From Gemmatimonadales bacterium (GTDB lineage Bacteria; Krumholzibacteriota; Krumholzibacteriia; LZORAL124-64-63), in NCBI GenBank assembly GCA_019038745.1, contig JAHOYV010000049.1:6739-70738 (forward strand): a stretch of DNA of 64,000 bases, written 5' to 3'. Position numbers and translations under genes: made by a program. The notes beneath the pieces are model-generated. The model was not told the DNA's origin. It was given only the letters and a program-made list of their open reading frames with translations, and did no database searches. Of this stretch, positions 34,104 through 42,430 are shown in pieces. How positions within the stretch are numbered: the first letter of the stretch is position 1; every line of letters begins with the position of its first letter.

Positions 34104-35137
34104 TGGATACACGGGAGAAAATTCTGCTGGTGGACGATTCGCTACTGGATCTGCGGATTCATGCAGGGACGCTGGCCAAGCACGGCTACCTGGTGGTAAC
34201 GGCCGCCAGTGACGAGGAGGCTTTGTCGCTGGCTGAAGCGGATCCTCCTGATCTGTTTCTCATCGCTGCCCGGACGAAACACCTGGACGGGTTTGGGCTG
34301 TGCGAACGAATCAAACAGGATCAGCGTTTTTTCAACACTCCGGTGGTTTTCATAACCCAAAGCGGTTCGGCCCGCGAAATCGATCGTAGTTTCTCGGCCG
34401 GCGGCGTGGACTACATCAAGAAGCCCTGCCATTTGAGTGAATTCCTGGCTCGGGTGCGGACCCATATCCGGCTGTATCGGCTGTTGCGGGAGGTGGAAGC
34501 ACTGAAGGAAGAAGCCATCGATTTGAATCCGCTGACCCACCTGCCGGGCAACAACACCATCGTGGCCAGGGTAGAGAATTCGGTAAAGGAAAATCTGGAC
34601 GACTGCATCATCCACGTCGATTTGGATAATTTCAAATCATACAACGATGCCTTCGGTTTCTCGGCCGGAGACGACGTGCTCCGCTTTTCTGCCGATTTAC
34701 TTCAAACAGTACTGCAGGCGGTTTGCGGGGATGAAGGATTCCTGGGGCACGTGGGCGGTGACGATTTCGTATTGATCGTTTCCAATAGCCAGGCGCAGGA
34801 GGTTGGGCGGGAAATCGTAACCCGCTTCGATTCCGGAATACTTGATTTCTACTCCGAGGATGATCGCAAGCGCGGCTACATTAAATCCGTTGATCGTCGT
34901 GGCCAGAGGGTCAAAGTGCCCTTTATCTCCATATCCATGGGTGGGGTTATTCTTGGCAAGCGCTCGTTCACCCGTTCGGTGGAAGTGTTTTCCGCTTGCG
35001 CCGAAGTGAAGAAGGCAGCCAAGGCCGTACCCGGCAGCAACCTCTTTCTGGATCGTAGAAACGGGGAGCGGCGTGATAAGAGTCGTCGTGGAGCCGGAGT
35101 CGAATACGGTCTCTTGCATGAGCGGGTCATCCGCTGA
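34100..35137 (+). CDS. Response regulator with GGDEF-type domain carrying a GGDDF variant motif
   Basis: REC (ILLVDDSLLDLRIHAGTLAKHGY...DLFLIAARTKHLDGF) then a GGDEF fold (NPLTHLPGNNTIVARVE...HVDLDNFKSYNDAFGFSAGDDVL...GHVGGDDFVLIV). No RxxD I-site is evident. Overlaps the upstream REC gene by 4 nt. Confidence 0.8.
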   Translation: MMDTREKILLVDDSLLDLRIHAGTLAKHGYLVVTAASDEEALSLAEADPPDLFLIAARTKHLDGFGLCERIKQDQRFFNTPVVFITQSGSAREIDRSFSAGGVDYIKKPCHLSEFLARVRTHIRLYRLLREVEALKEEAIDLNPLTHLPGNNTIVARVENSVKENLDDCIIHVDLDNFKSYNDAFGFSAGDDVLRFSADLLQTVLQAVCGDEGFLGHVGGDDFVLIVSNSQAQEVGREIVTRFDSGILDFYSEDDRKRGYIKSVDRRGQRVKVPFISISMGGVILGKRSFTRSVEVFSACAEVKKAAKAVPGSNLFLDRRNGERRDKSRRGAGVEYGLLHERVIR

Positions 35138-36632
35138 TCTGATCCCCCAGTTTCTTCAGAATATCCTCACAGAACGAAGTCAAAGACGGATCCCTGGCGC
35201 CCATTACAATTACCAGATCACCATCGGTTGCCACGGCCGCAATGGCATTGGCGATTTCCTGACGTTCGGCGATGAAGCGGGCGTCCTTCCCCAAATGGCT
35301 TATGTCTTCGATCAGGTCAGCGGCCGAGATGTCCTTTTGGGCTGTTCCGCCGGCGAAGAAAATTTCAGGCATCCAGAGGATGTCTTGACGGCGAAGCTCA
35401 TGGACGAAGGTTTCCACCAGGGCGGTCCGGAGAAATCGGGTAGGGCCGAAGCCGTGGGGTTGGAAGACGGCCAGGATTCTGCCGGAGTTGCCTGACCGGT
35501 CAGTGAACCGGGACCGGGCGGTGGCCAAGGCTGCCCCGATCTTGTCCGGGTTGTGGGCGAAATCGTCGATAACCTCAACTCCCGCGGCGATTCCCACGCT
35601 CTGAAAACGGCGGGCCACGCCGCCGAAATTGGACAGGGCCGGAGCCATCTCCTCAAGGGAAAGTCCCGTTTGACGGCAGATGGCCAACGAAGCGGTGGCG
35701 TTCAGAACGTTGAAGTGTCCGGGAACAGGCAGCTTGAATTTTATGCCATTGATGCTGAAGGAAGAGCCCGCAGGTCCCAGAACGATATCGCGGGCGATGA
35801 AGGATCGGGTTGGGTCCGGGGGTTCAAGTGATTCAGGGCAGGCCGTTCCTTCGGTCCCGAAAACCATTCCGTTCTCGTGCAGTGCGGCCAGTTCGGGACC
35901 TAGCCCGACCAGGAAGGGGCCTTCCGTTTTGTCCGCGAAGGTCTGGAACATGGCCAACACCTCTTGCGGTTCCTTGTGGTCCAGCCCGAGGTTCAGGACA
36001 ACACCGGCCCAGGGGGAATAGCGGGTCAGGCTACCATCGCTCTCGTCGGCCTCTATTACAAGCAGGGGCGGAGAATGGTCTCGACTCCGTCCACCGGGTG
36101 CCCAGGCGTTCCCCACGTGTCCGATTGCGGTCAATTCGGCAAGGGCGCCGCCGGTCAGCAGCCCCGGCTGTCTGCCACAGTTTCGCAGAATCGAGAAAAC
36201 CATGGCGGTTACCGTGGATTTGCCGCTGGTGCCGGTCACGGCGATGGTGCGATGGTCGGATACGTGGCGGGCCAGCAGCTCGGACCGGTGAAGGATCGGG
36301 ATCCCGGCCTCCTTGGCGGCCCGGATGTCGGGTATCCGGTCCTCGATGGCGGTGCTGGCGATAAGGGCGGCGCAGGTTCGGTCTCCAGGCTCGTCGGTCT
36401 GTGTTTTTTCCACTGGCCGCCACGAGGGGAAGGTACCGTCCTGGGGAAGAATTACGATGCCGAGTTCCTCCAACCGGGCGCGCAGGTCAGGCTGTTCGCC
36501 GCAGTCGAAGGAGCGGTCACTGCCGGTAGTTATTCCACCCGAAAGAGCATGGAACTGGGCCAGGGCGCTCATGCCGGTGCCGGCCACGCCGGTGAAGTGG
36601 AGCCAAATTGAAGACTGTCTAGAGGATGACAA
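35127..36632 (-). CDS. Mur ligase family enzyme (MurC/Mpl-type UDP-N-acetylmuramate ligase)
   Basis: HFTGVAGTGMSALAQ (MurC/Mpl N-terminal Rossmann-like), ATP site AVTGTSGKSTVTAM, IEADESDGS, DDFAHNP. The adjacency to an L,D-transpeptidase is suggestive of Mpl (peptidoglycan recycling), but this is not resolved. Confidence 0.7.
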   Translation of the reverse strand: MSSSRQSSIWLHFTGVAGTGMSALAQFHALSGGITTGSDRSFDCGEQPDLRARLEELGIVILPQDGTFPSWRPVEKTQTDEPGDRTCAALIASTAIEDRIPDIRAAKEAGIPILHRSELLARHVSDHRTIAVTGTSGKSTVTAMVFSILRNCGRQPGLLTGGALAELTAIGHVGNAWAPGGRSRDHSPPLLVIEADESDGSLTRYSPWAGVVLNLGLDHKEPQEVLAMFQTFADKTEGPFLVGLGPELAALHENGMVFGTEGTACPESLEPPDPTRSFIARDIVLGPAGSSFSINGIKFKLPVPGHFNVLNATASLAICRQTGLSLEEMAPALSNFGGVARRFQSVGIAAGVEVIDDFAHNPDKIGAALATARSRFTDRSGNSGRILAVFQPHGFGPTRFLRTALVETFVHELRRQDILWMPEIFFAGGTAQKDISAADLIEDISHLGKDARFIAERQEIANAIAAVATDGDLVIVMGARDPSLTSFCEDILKKLGDQISG

Positions 36633-37212
36633 CGGGATCTCCCTCGGCTACCAGATCGAACAGCTCGGTAACATGGGCCCCCGTCATTCGGACGCAACCA
36701 TGCGAAACGGGATGGCCGATCTCGGTTTCATGATTAGTGCCGTGGATGTATATGTAGCGTTCCAGGCTGTCGCATCCGGGGCCCCGGTTCAGGCCTTTTT
36801 CCAACCCTTCCAAAGTCAGGATCCGGGTCAGGATCAGGTCCGGATCCGTCTCAGACGGAACATCGGATCCGCCGGCGACTCCGGATTCGGGCTTCCAGAT
36901 ATTGCCCGTCGGCTGTCGGCTGAGGAAAACCATTCCGGCCGGCTCATCTTTACCGATCTTTTCCTTGATGATGTGCAGGCCGGGCGGAGTGCCATTCGAA
37001 TCAATTTTTCCGTTGATGCCCACCGCCCCCGTGGACACGGGCCAAGCAACGGATTTTCCCTGTTGTAGATGCAGGGTAAGACACTGCTCGGCGGTATCGA
37101 CAAGCACCCAGTGATCGGGGTTTTCGGGGAAAATCATGCGGATTTTTTTTGGGTCCAGCCTGACGAGCTTGACCCATTCCGGAACATTCCCAAAATTGTC
37201 GAGCGGGTCCAT
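36619..37212 (-). CDS. L,D-transpeptidase (YkuD domain)
   Basis: YIYIHGTNHETEIGHPVSHGCVRMTGAHVTELF (His/Cys catalytic motif). Its 3' end overlaps the Mur ligase start by 14 nt. Confidence 0.8.
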   Translation of the reverse strand: MDPLDNFGNVPEWVKLVRLDPKKIRMIFPENPDHWVLVDTAEQCLTLHLQQGKSVAWPVSTGAVGINGKIDSNGTPPGLHIIKEKIGKDEPAGMVFLSRQPTGNIWKPESGVAGGSDVPSETDPDLILTRILTLEGLEKGLNRGPGCDSLERYIYIHGTNHETEIGHPVSHGCVRMTGAHVTELFDLVAEGDPVVIL

Positions 37213-37318
37213 ATGACATCCTTGCCAAGCACTGCTTTTGAGGCCATATATGTTAAAGAATTATCGTGCCCGGTTCGTCCGGGGCGTTTCGAGTTTGCTA
37301 ACCGCCGGGAGATTCCCA

Positions 37319-39532
37319 ATGTACGATATAGAATCCTCGCTGGACAGCCAGATTATCGAGGTAATGAAGAACAAACCGGCCGTGATTTTCACCGAGGCGA
37401 CCGATCCCCGGATCATTGAAGCAGCCTGTTACCTGCCTCGTTTCGCCCGCCCGGTTTTCCTGGCTTCAGAGGAGGCCATCAAGGAAATAATCCGGGTGGA
37501 TTTGCCTGATCTGGACCCTGTTCGAGTTGAATTTGCACTTTCCGAGGGTGCGTTTATCAAGCCATCAGAGCGGGATGATCTGGTGGATGAATTTGCCCGG
37601 GCCATTGTCGACCTTCCCCAGGGAATGGGCCTGGCCAGGGATTTGGCGGAGGCGCGCGAGTTCGTTTCCCGGCCTTCCTTGTTCGGGATCATGGCTGTAC
37701 GGCAGGGTCATGCGGATATCGTCGTGGGAGGAATTCTGCACGAACCGCGCGAATATTTCCGGCCCATGGCCAAGTTGTTGGCCAAGCAGGAGGTGCTCTG
37801 TGAGGCCGGGGTCATCGTGCTGCCGGATGACCACCCCGAGGAAATTTTTCCCCACAACATTCTGGTCGTCGGCGATGTGGGCGCCAACGCCTTTATGAAC
37901 CCGGAAGTACTGGCAAACGTGGCGGTAGGCACTTGCGCAGCGGCTCGCGATCTTTTTCCCGAAGAAGTGTTGCCGACTATCAACGGGGCTATCGTGTCCT
38001 ATTCCAATAGGGGTTCGGACGAGGGACCCAGTCCGGAGTTGGTGCGCAAGGCAACCGAACTGGTGCCGGAAGTTCTGGCCGACCGGATCAAACTGGGCCA
38101 ACGCTACGAGACTATCCGGATTGAAGGCGAAGTAAAGATATCCGTCGCGATGAGCCGCCGTTCGGCGCATTTGTACCGCCGCGGGCAGGGGGAAAGCCAT
38201 TTTGTCGGCGGCACGAACGTGATCATCGTCCCCAACCTGGACACTGGAAATCTTCTGTTCCACCTCTACGCCACGCGTTACCCCACCGCCAAGAAATTCA
38301 GCGTCATGTTCGGAATCCGTTTTCAGGCCGTGGACCTGCCCATGGATTGCACGGCCGAGGATGCCATGCTCGGGGTCAAGGCCTGTATCCTCAGGATGCA
38401 CAAATTCGGCCATTGGTCCCGCACACCCAAAGACACATTCTTCCCTCGCTACCGGACCCTGGCCATCAATCCCGGCTCCACTTCGACCAAGATAGCGGTG
38501 TTCGAGGGGGAGTTGGAGCGCTTTACGCAGGAGATCGAGCATTCGGCCGAAGAACTCAAGCCCTTCGAAGGAAAACGCATCGTCGAGCAGTACGAGATGC
38601 GGCGCGACGTGGTGCTGGCCGCACTTGCCGACCATGGCATATCAGTCGACGATCTTGATGCTGTTTCGGGACGGGGTGGACTTTTGCGGCCGATTCCCCA
38701 CGGGACCTATCGAATCAACGACAAGATGGTAGAAGATCTGTTGACCGGAACGGGTGGAGATCACGCGTCAAACCTGGGCGCTCTTATTTCGCGTGAAATT
38801 GCGGCGGGAAAGGACATCCCCGCCTTCATCGTGGATCCGGTGGTGGTGGACGAGGTGCCGGAGATGGTTAAGGTTACCGGCATGAAGGACATCCGGCGCC
38901 AGGTCATCAGCCACGCCCTGAACCAGATCAGCACCGCCCGCCGATTCGCCGAGGAGCAGGAAACATTCTATGAGTACCTGAACCTGATCGTCTGCCATAT
39001 GGGCGGTGGAATCACCGTCGGGGCCCATGCCAACGGGCGCTATATCGATGTGAACAACGGTCTGGACGGCGAAGGACCGTTCAGCCCCCAGCGTTCGGGC
39101 AGCGAGCCCACGGGACAGTTGATTCGCTTGTGCTTCAGCGGTAAATACACCCTGGACGAGTTGCTCAAATTGAACAAGGGGCGGGGCGGTTTGATCGACC
39201 TGCTGGGCACGGCCGACTTCAGGGAAGTTGAACGCCGGATCGACAAAGGGGACGCCTTGGCCATTGAAGTATACGAGGCGATGGTCTATCAGATTTGCAA
39301 GAACATCACAGCCTTGTTGCCGGCCTTCCGAGGCGAAGGGGTTGATCGGGTTCTTTTGACCGGTGGATTGGCCCGAAGCCAGAGGCTGGTGAGTGACATC
39401 GAGGTCGGGGTCCAGGCCCTGGGCTGTGGCGTGACTGCCTACCCGGGTGAAAACGAAATGTTCGCGCTTGCCAAGGGAGTTTTGAGGGTGCTGGATGGCA
39501 AGGAACAACCCTGCGACTATGATCCCTCCTGA
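37319..39532 (+). CDS. Fusion protein: phosphate acyl(butyryl/acetyl)transferase-like domain + butyrate/acetate-kinase-family domain (Ptb-Buk fusion)
   Basis: N-terminal PTA_PTB-like (VPNLDTGNLLFHLYA, about 380 aa). The C-terminal part is butyrate kinase-like (RTLAINPGSTSTKIAVFEGE...CHMGGGITVGAHANGRYIDVNNGLDGEGPFSPQRSG). The ORF is open from 37238. The likely start is MYDIESS (37319). Confidence 0.75.
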   Translation: MYDIESSLDSQIIEVMKNKPAVIFTEATDPRIIEAACYLPRFARPVFLASEEAIKEIIRVDLPDLDPVRVEFALSEGAFIKPSERDDLVDEFARAIVDLPQGMGLARDLAEAREFVSRPSLFGIMAVRQGHADIVVGGILHEPREYFRPMAKLLAKQEVLCEAGVIVLPDDHPEEIFPHNILVVGDVGANAFMNPEVLANVAVGTCAAARDLFPEEVLPTINGAIVSYSNRGSDEGPSPELVRKATELVPEVLADRIKLGQRYETIRIEGEVKISVAMSRRSAHLYRRGQGESHFVGGTNVIIVPNLDTGNLLFHLYATRYPTAKKFSVMFGIRFQAVDLPMDCTAEDAMLGVKACILRMHKFGHWSRTPKDTFFPRYRTLAINPGSTSTKIAVFEGELERFTQEIEHSAEELKPFEGKRIVEQYEMRRDVVLAALADHGISVDDLDAVSGRGGLLRPIPHGTYRINDKMVEDLLTGTGGDHASNLGALISREIAAGKDIPAFIVDPVVVDEVPEMVKVTGMKDIRRQVISHALNQISTARRFAEEQETFYEYLNLIVCHMGGGITVGAHANGRYIDVNNGLDGEGPFSPQRSGSEPTGQLIRLCFSGKYTLDELLKLNKGRGGLIDLLGTADFREVERRIDKGDALAIEVYEAMVYQICKNITALLPAFRGEGVDRVLLTGGLARSQRLVSDIEVGVQALGCGVTAYPGENEMFALAKGVLRVLDGKEQPCDYDPS

Positions 39533-39598
39533 TATTTTTATTTCGAGTGAGCCAAGGGTCCAGGTAGGCAAAGTCGATACGGTCAAGGAAAGGCAACC

Positions 39599-40516
39599 AT
39601 GAAGCAGATCCGTAGTCTGGAACAACTCATCAAGGAATTGAAGGGGCAGCCCTCCCGCCGTCTGGCTGTGGCGGCCGGCCACGATCCTAATACCATTGCC
39701 GCGGCAGCCCGGGCTGCGGCCGAGGGGATCGCCGAGGTCATCCTGGTAGGCGATGCAGGGCGGATCGATGCCTTGTGTGGAGAGTTCGGTCTCGATGCTG
39801 GTTTGTTCCGGATCCTGGCTGAAAAGGACACCTTGACCGCGGGAGCCAAGGCTCTCGAGCTGGTGCGTTCAGGACAGGCCGATGTGCTCATGAAGGGTCT
39901 TATCGGCACAGCCGACTACATGAAACTGATCCTCAACAAGGAAAATGGATTACTGCCGCCGGGGAAGGTGCTCTCCCACGTGGCCGTGCTGGACCTGCCA
40001 GCCTATCGTGCCAGCCATGACAAACTTCTTTTCGTAGCGGATGTGGCCATTATTCCCAAGCCGGATCTGGAGACCAAGGTGGCGATATTGGAATATTGCC
40101 TCGAAGCCGCGCGGAGTTTCGGAGTGGCAGAACCTCGAGCCGCCCTTGTCGCCGCCACTGAGAAGGTCAGCCCCAGGATGAAGGCTACCGTGCATGCTGC
40201 CGAGATCACCGAGCGGGCCGGCAGGGGAGAATTCCCTGGCTCAATCGTCGCCGGACCCCTGGCTCTGGATGTGGCGCTTTCACCGGAGGCTTGCCGCATC
40301 AAAGGCCTGGATTCGCCCGTCGATGGCCAGGCGGATATTCTGGTCTTTCCCAACATCGAAACGGGCAACGTTTTCTACAAATCGAGCACCATTCTGGCCG
40401 GGGCCCGGTTGGCCGCAGCAGTGGTGGGGACGACTGCCCCCTGTGTGCTGACCAGCAGGGCGGATGATGAAGAGTCGAAATTTTTCTCTATCGCCATGGG
40501 TTGCCGACTGGTGTAA
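39599..40516 (+). CDS. Phosphate butyryltransferase / phosphate acetyltransferase (PTA_PTB family), stand-alone
   Basis: LAVAAGHDPNTIAAAARAAAEGIAEVILVGD...MKGLIGTADYMKL...VFPNIETGNVFYKS...CVLTSRADDEESKFFSIAMG. Confidence 0.8.
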   Translation: MKQIRSLEQLIKELKGQPSRRLAVAAGHDPNTIAAAARAAAEGIAEVILVGDAGRIDALCGEFGLDAGLFRILAEKDTLTAGAKALELVRSGQADVLMKGLIGTADYMKLILNKENGLLPPGKVLSHVAVLDLPAYRASHDKLLFVADVAIIPKPDLETKVAILEYCLEAARSFGVAEPRAALVAATEKVSPRMKATVHAAEITERAGRGEFPGSIVAGPLALDVALSPEACRIKGLDSPVDGQADILVFPNIETGNVFYKSSTILAGARLAAAVVGTTAPCVLTSRADDEESKFFSIAMGCRLV

Positions 40517-40588
40517 TTGGTGATTCAATAATCTTGGCGGATTTGAATCTTATGGCCGATCGGCCAAGCCCAAACCAGGAGGATTATA

Positions 40589-41086
40589 ATGCCGACCACC
40601 AATGATAATTTGAAGGAAGCCTTCGCCGGTGAAAGCCAAGCCTTCCAAAAGTACAGCGCTTTCGCCAAAGCTGCCGAAAAAGAGGGTTTGCCCAACATCG
40701 CCCGCCTATTCCGGACCACGGCCCAGGCCGAGCGAATCCATGCCGAAGGTCATCTGGGAGCCTTGGACGGTATTGGCGAAACAGCCGAAAACCTGCAAGC
40801 TGCCATCGACGGCGAAACCTTTGAATACACCAAGATGTACCCACCCATGCTGGAACAGGCAAAGGAAGACGGCCACAAAGCCAAGCGGATGTTCGCCTTC
40901 GCCGTCAAGTCGGAGGAAGTCCACGCAAAATTGTATGCGCTGGCTCTGGAATCCGCCAAGGCAGGCCAGGACCTGGAGGAACCCAACTTCTATCTGTGCC
41001 CGACCTGTGGCCATATCGAGTTCGGAACTCCTCCGGACAAATGCCCGATTTGCGGAGTAAAGGCCGAAAAGTTTGTCCAGGTATGA
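40589..41086 (+). CDS. rbr: Rubrerythrin (ferritin-like diiron domain + C-terminal rubredoxin-like CxxC...CxxC)
   Basis: EAFAGESQAFQKYSAFAKAAEKEG...AQAERIHAEGHL...EEVHAKLYA...YLCPTCGHIEFGTPPDKCPICG. Confidence 0.9.
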   Translation: MPTTNDNLKEAFAGESQAFQKYSAFAKAAEKEGLPNIARLFRTTAQAERIHAEGHLGALDGIGETAENLQAAIDGETFEYTKMYPPMLEQAKEDGHKAKRMFAFAVKSEEVHAKLYALALESAKAGQDLEEPNFYLCPTCGHIEFGTPPDKCPICGVKAEKFVQV

Positions 41087-41942
41087 TTGGACGGGGTGTT
41101 CAGTAACTTTTCGATTCCATTACACCGGTTCGTCTTCCTGGTTGTTCCTCGAAACCGATCTCATTTCCCCCGCCGGTGTTCCCCCGGGCGGGATTCACCT
41201 CAATATATGACGCCAATAATTCCATATCACGAAGTCCTAAAGCTCAACTATACAATGGGTGTTTTGGGTCGAGGTACCGCTAGTGGCCTCAGAGGATGAG
41301 CATCCCTCAGAAATTTGTCTCCCTTCCCGGAGGGCAAATTTGAAGCGGCTGGGGAAATATTTTTAATTTGTCGTTTATGTGTTTTGCCAAACCATCTTCG
41401 CGATATTTGCTGGAATCAGTTGAAATAAAACAAAATAACTAAAAGGTGACCATGTGCCCTGTGGGGAATAAATGAAAGGGCCATCTCCGCTTAACAATTG
41501 TTGGCTCTTAAAGCTTGAAAAACCAAAGAACTTTGGATATTAAAGTAAAACGGCGGCGATGAAGTTCGATTTGAAATGGATCTCCGATCGGACTGTCGTC
41601 AAGAGGGAGCCTGGAAAAGTTTGATCCGGGTTTGGTCTGAGCTGATGGGAATGCCGGGTCCTGACGGAGCAATGGTCTTTTGACCAAGGGCCCCCGCAGG
41701 GGTTGGAGAAGGATCTCCGACGGCGACGGGGGGCGGACACACTGGTCCTGGGTGCCAGCCGCCCCCTCCTCAGCACTCTTTGGGCAAGGAAGCCCGGGAT
41801 GATGCTGGGGAGCTGGAGCCGATTCCCATGGTTCGACCCTTATTCAGAAAAGGACAAGGTGGTCCTTTCTGAGTTTAAAGGGAACGGCAGCGACTTTCAT
41901 TAAGCCTAACAACGCCGTTCCCTGAAAAACCGGATTTCCGTC

Positions 41943-42347
41943 TTGCAGGCCACAAGGATGTGGCCGGACGGTCAGGCCGCTATTACCCCGGCAAGGAGGC
42001 CAGGGGGAGTGGTTCGAACTTCGAAATCGGATTCTGGCCGATCCGGCCGGTCTCCGCTGTCCCCGGTAATTCACGGCAGGGCCAGGTTGCTGATCCTGTC
42101 TCTTCTGTTGCGTACGGGGAAATCCATCAATTTCACTTCCCTGCGCGACGAATTGGAATACACCGACGGTTCCCTCTCTGTCCATCTGGGCAAGTTGGAA
42201 GAGGCTGGTCTTGTCACCCTCGAGAAAGCCTTTGTGGGCAAGAAACCCCAAACCTCCATCAAGCTCACCCCGACCGGCCGGCGCCAATTCAACAATTATG
42301 TCAAGGAGTTGAGATCCATCGTCCCAGGGTTGGGCGAAGCGGGGTAG
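41943..42347 (+). CDS. Winged-helix transcriptional regulator (HTH_34/ArsR-like fold, ~100 aa core)
   Basis: IHGRARLLILSLLLRTGKSINFTSLRDELEYTDGSLSVHLGKLEEAGLVTLEKAFVGKKPQTSIKLTPTGRRQFNNYVKEL. The true start is uncertain. The track start is a TTG, and about 45 N-terminal residues are probably UTR. Confidence 0.5.
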   Translation: MQATRMWPDGQAAITPARRPGGVVRTSKSDSGRSGRSPLSPVIHGRARLLILSLLLRTGKSINFTSLRDELEYTDGSLSVHLGKLEEAGLVTLEKAFVGKKPQTSIKLTPTGRRQFNNYVKELRSIVPGLGEAG

Positions 42348-42430
42348 GGCCCTCCGGAGCGCATGTGTGAACGAGCGCAGGGCTCCCCTTTGGATTCCTG
42401 CGCTCGTGGTTTCATTCCTCAGCCCGAAAA

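Noticed and set aside
36771-36782. 12-bp perfect palindrome CCGGGGCCCCGG
   Set aside because: It lies inside the L,D-transpeptidase coding sequence and is explained by Pro/Gly codons in a GC-rich gene. It is not part of the intergenic palindrome family.
41540-41940. Tried to match the GC-rich non-coding segment to RNase P RNA (GGAAAGTCCGGGC / ACAGAACCCGGCTTA boxes), tmRNA (tRNA-like ends) and the fluoride riboswitch (GGCGATG..GTTCG at 41554-41570)
   Set aside because: Only fragmentary coincidences (GGGTGCCAG, GGCGATGaaGTTCG) were found. The diagnostic boxes, pseudoknot partners and T-arm are absent, and the downstream gene is a wHTH regulator rather than crcB/eriC. A proper covariance-model scan is needed.
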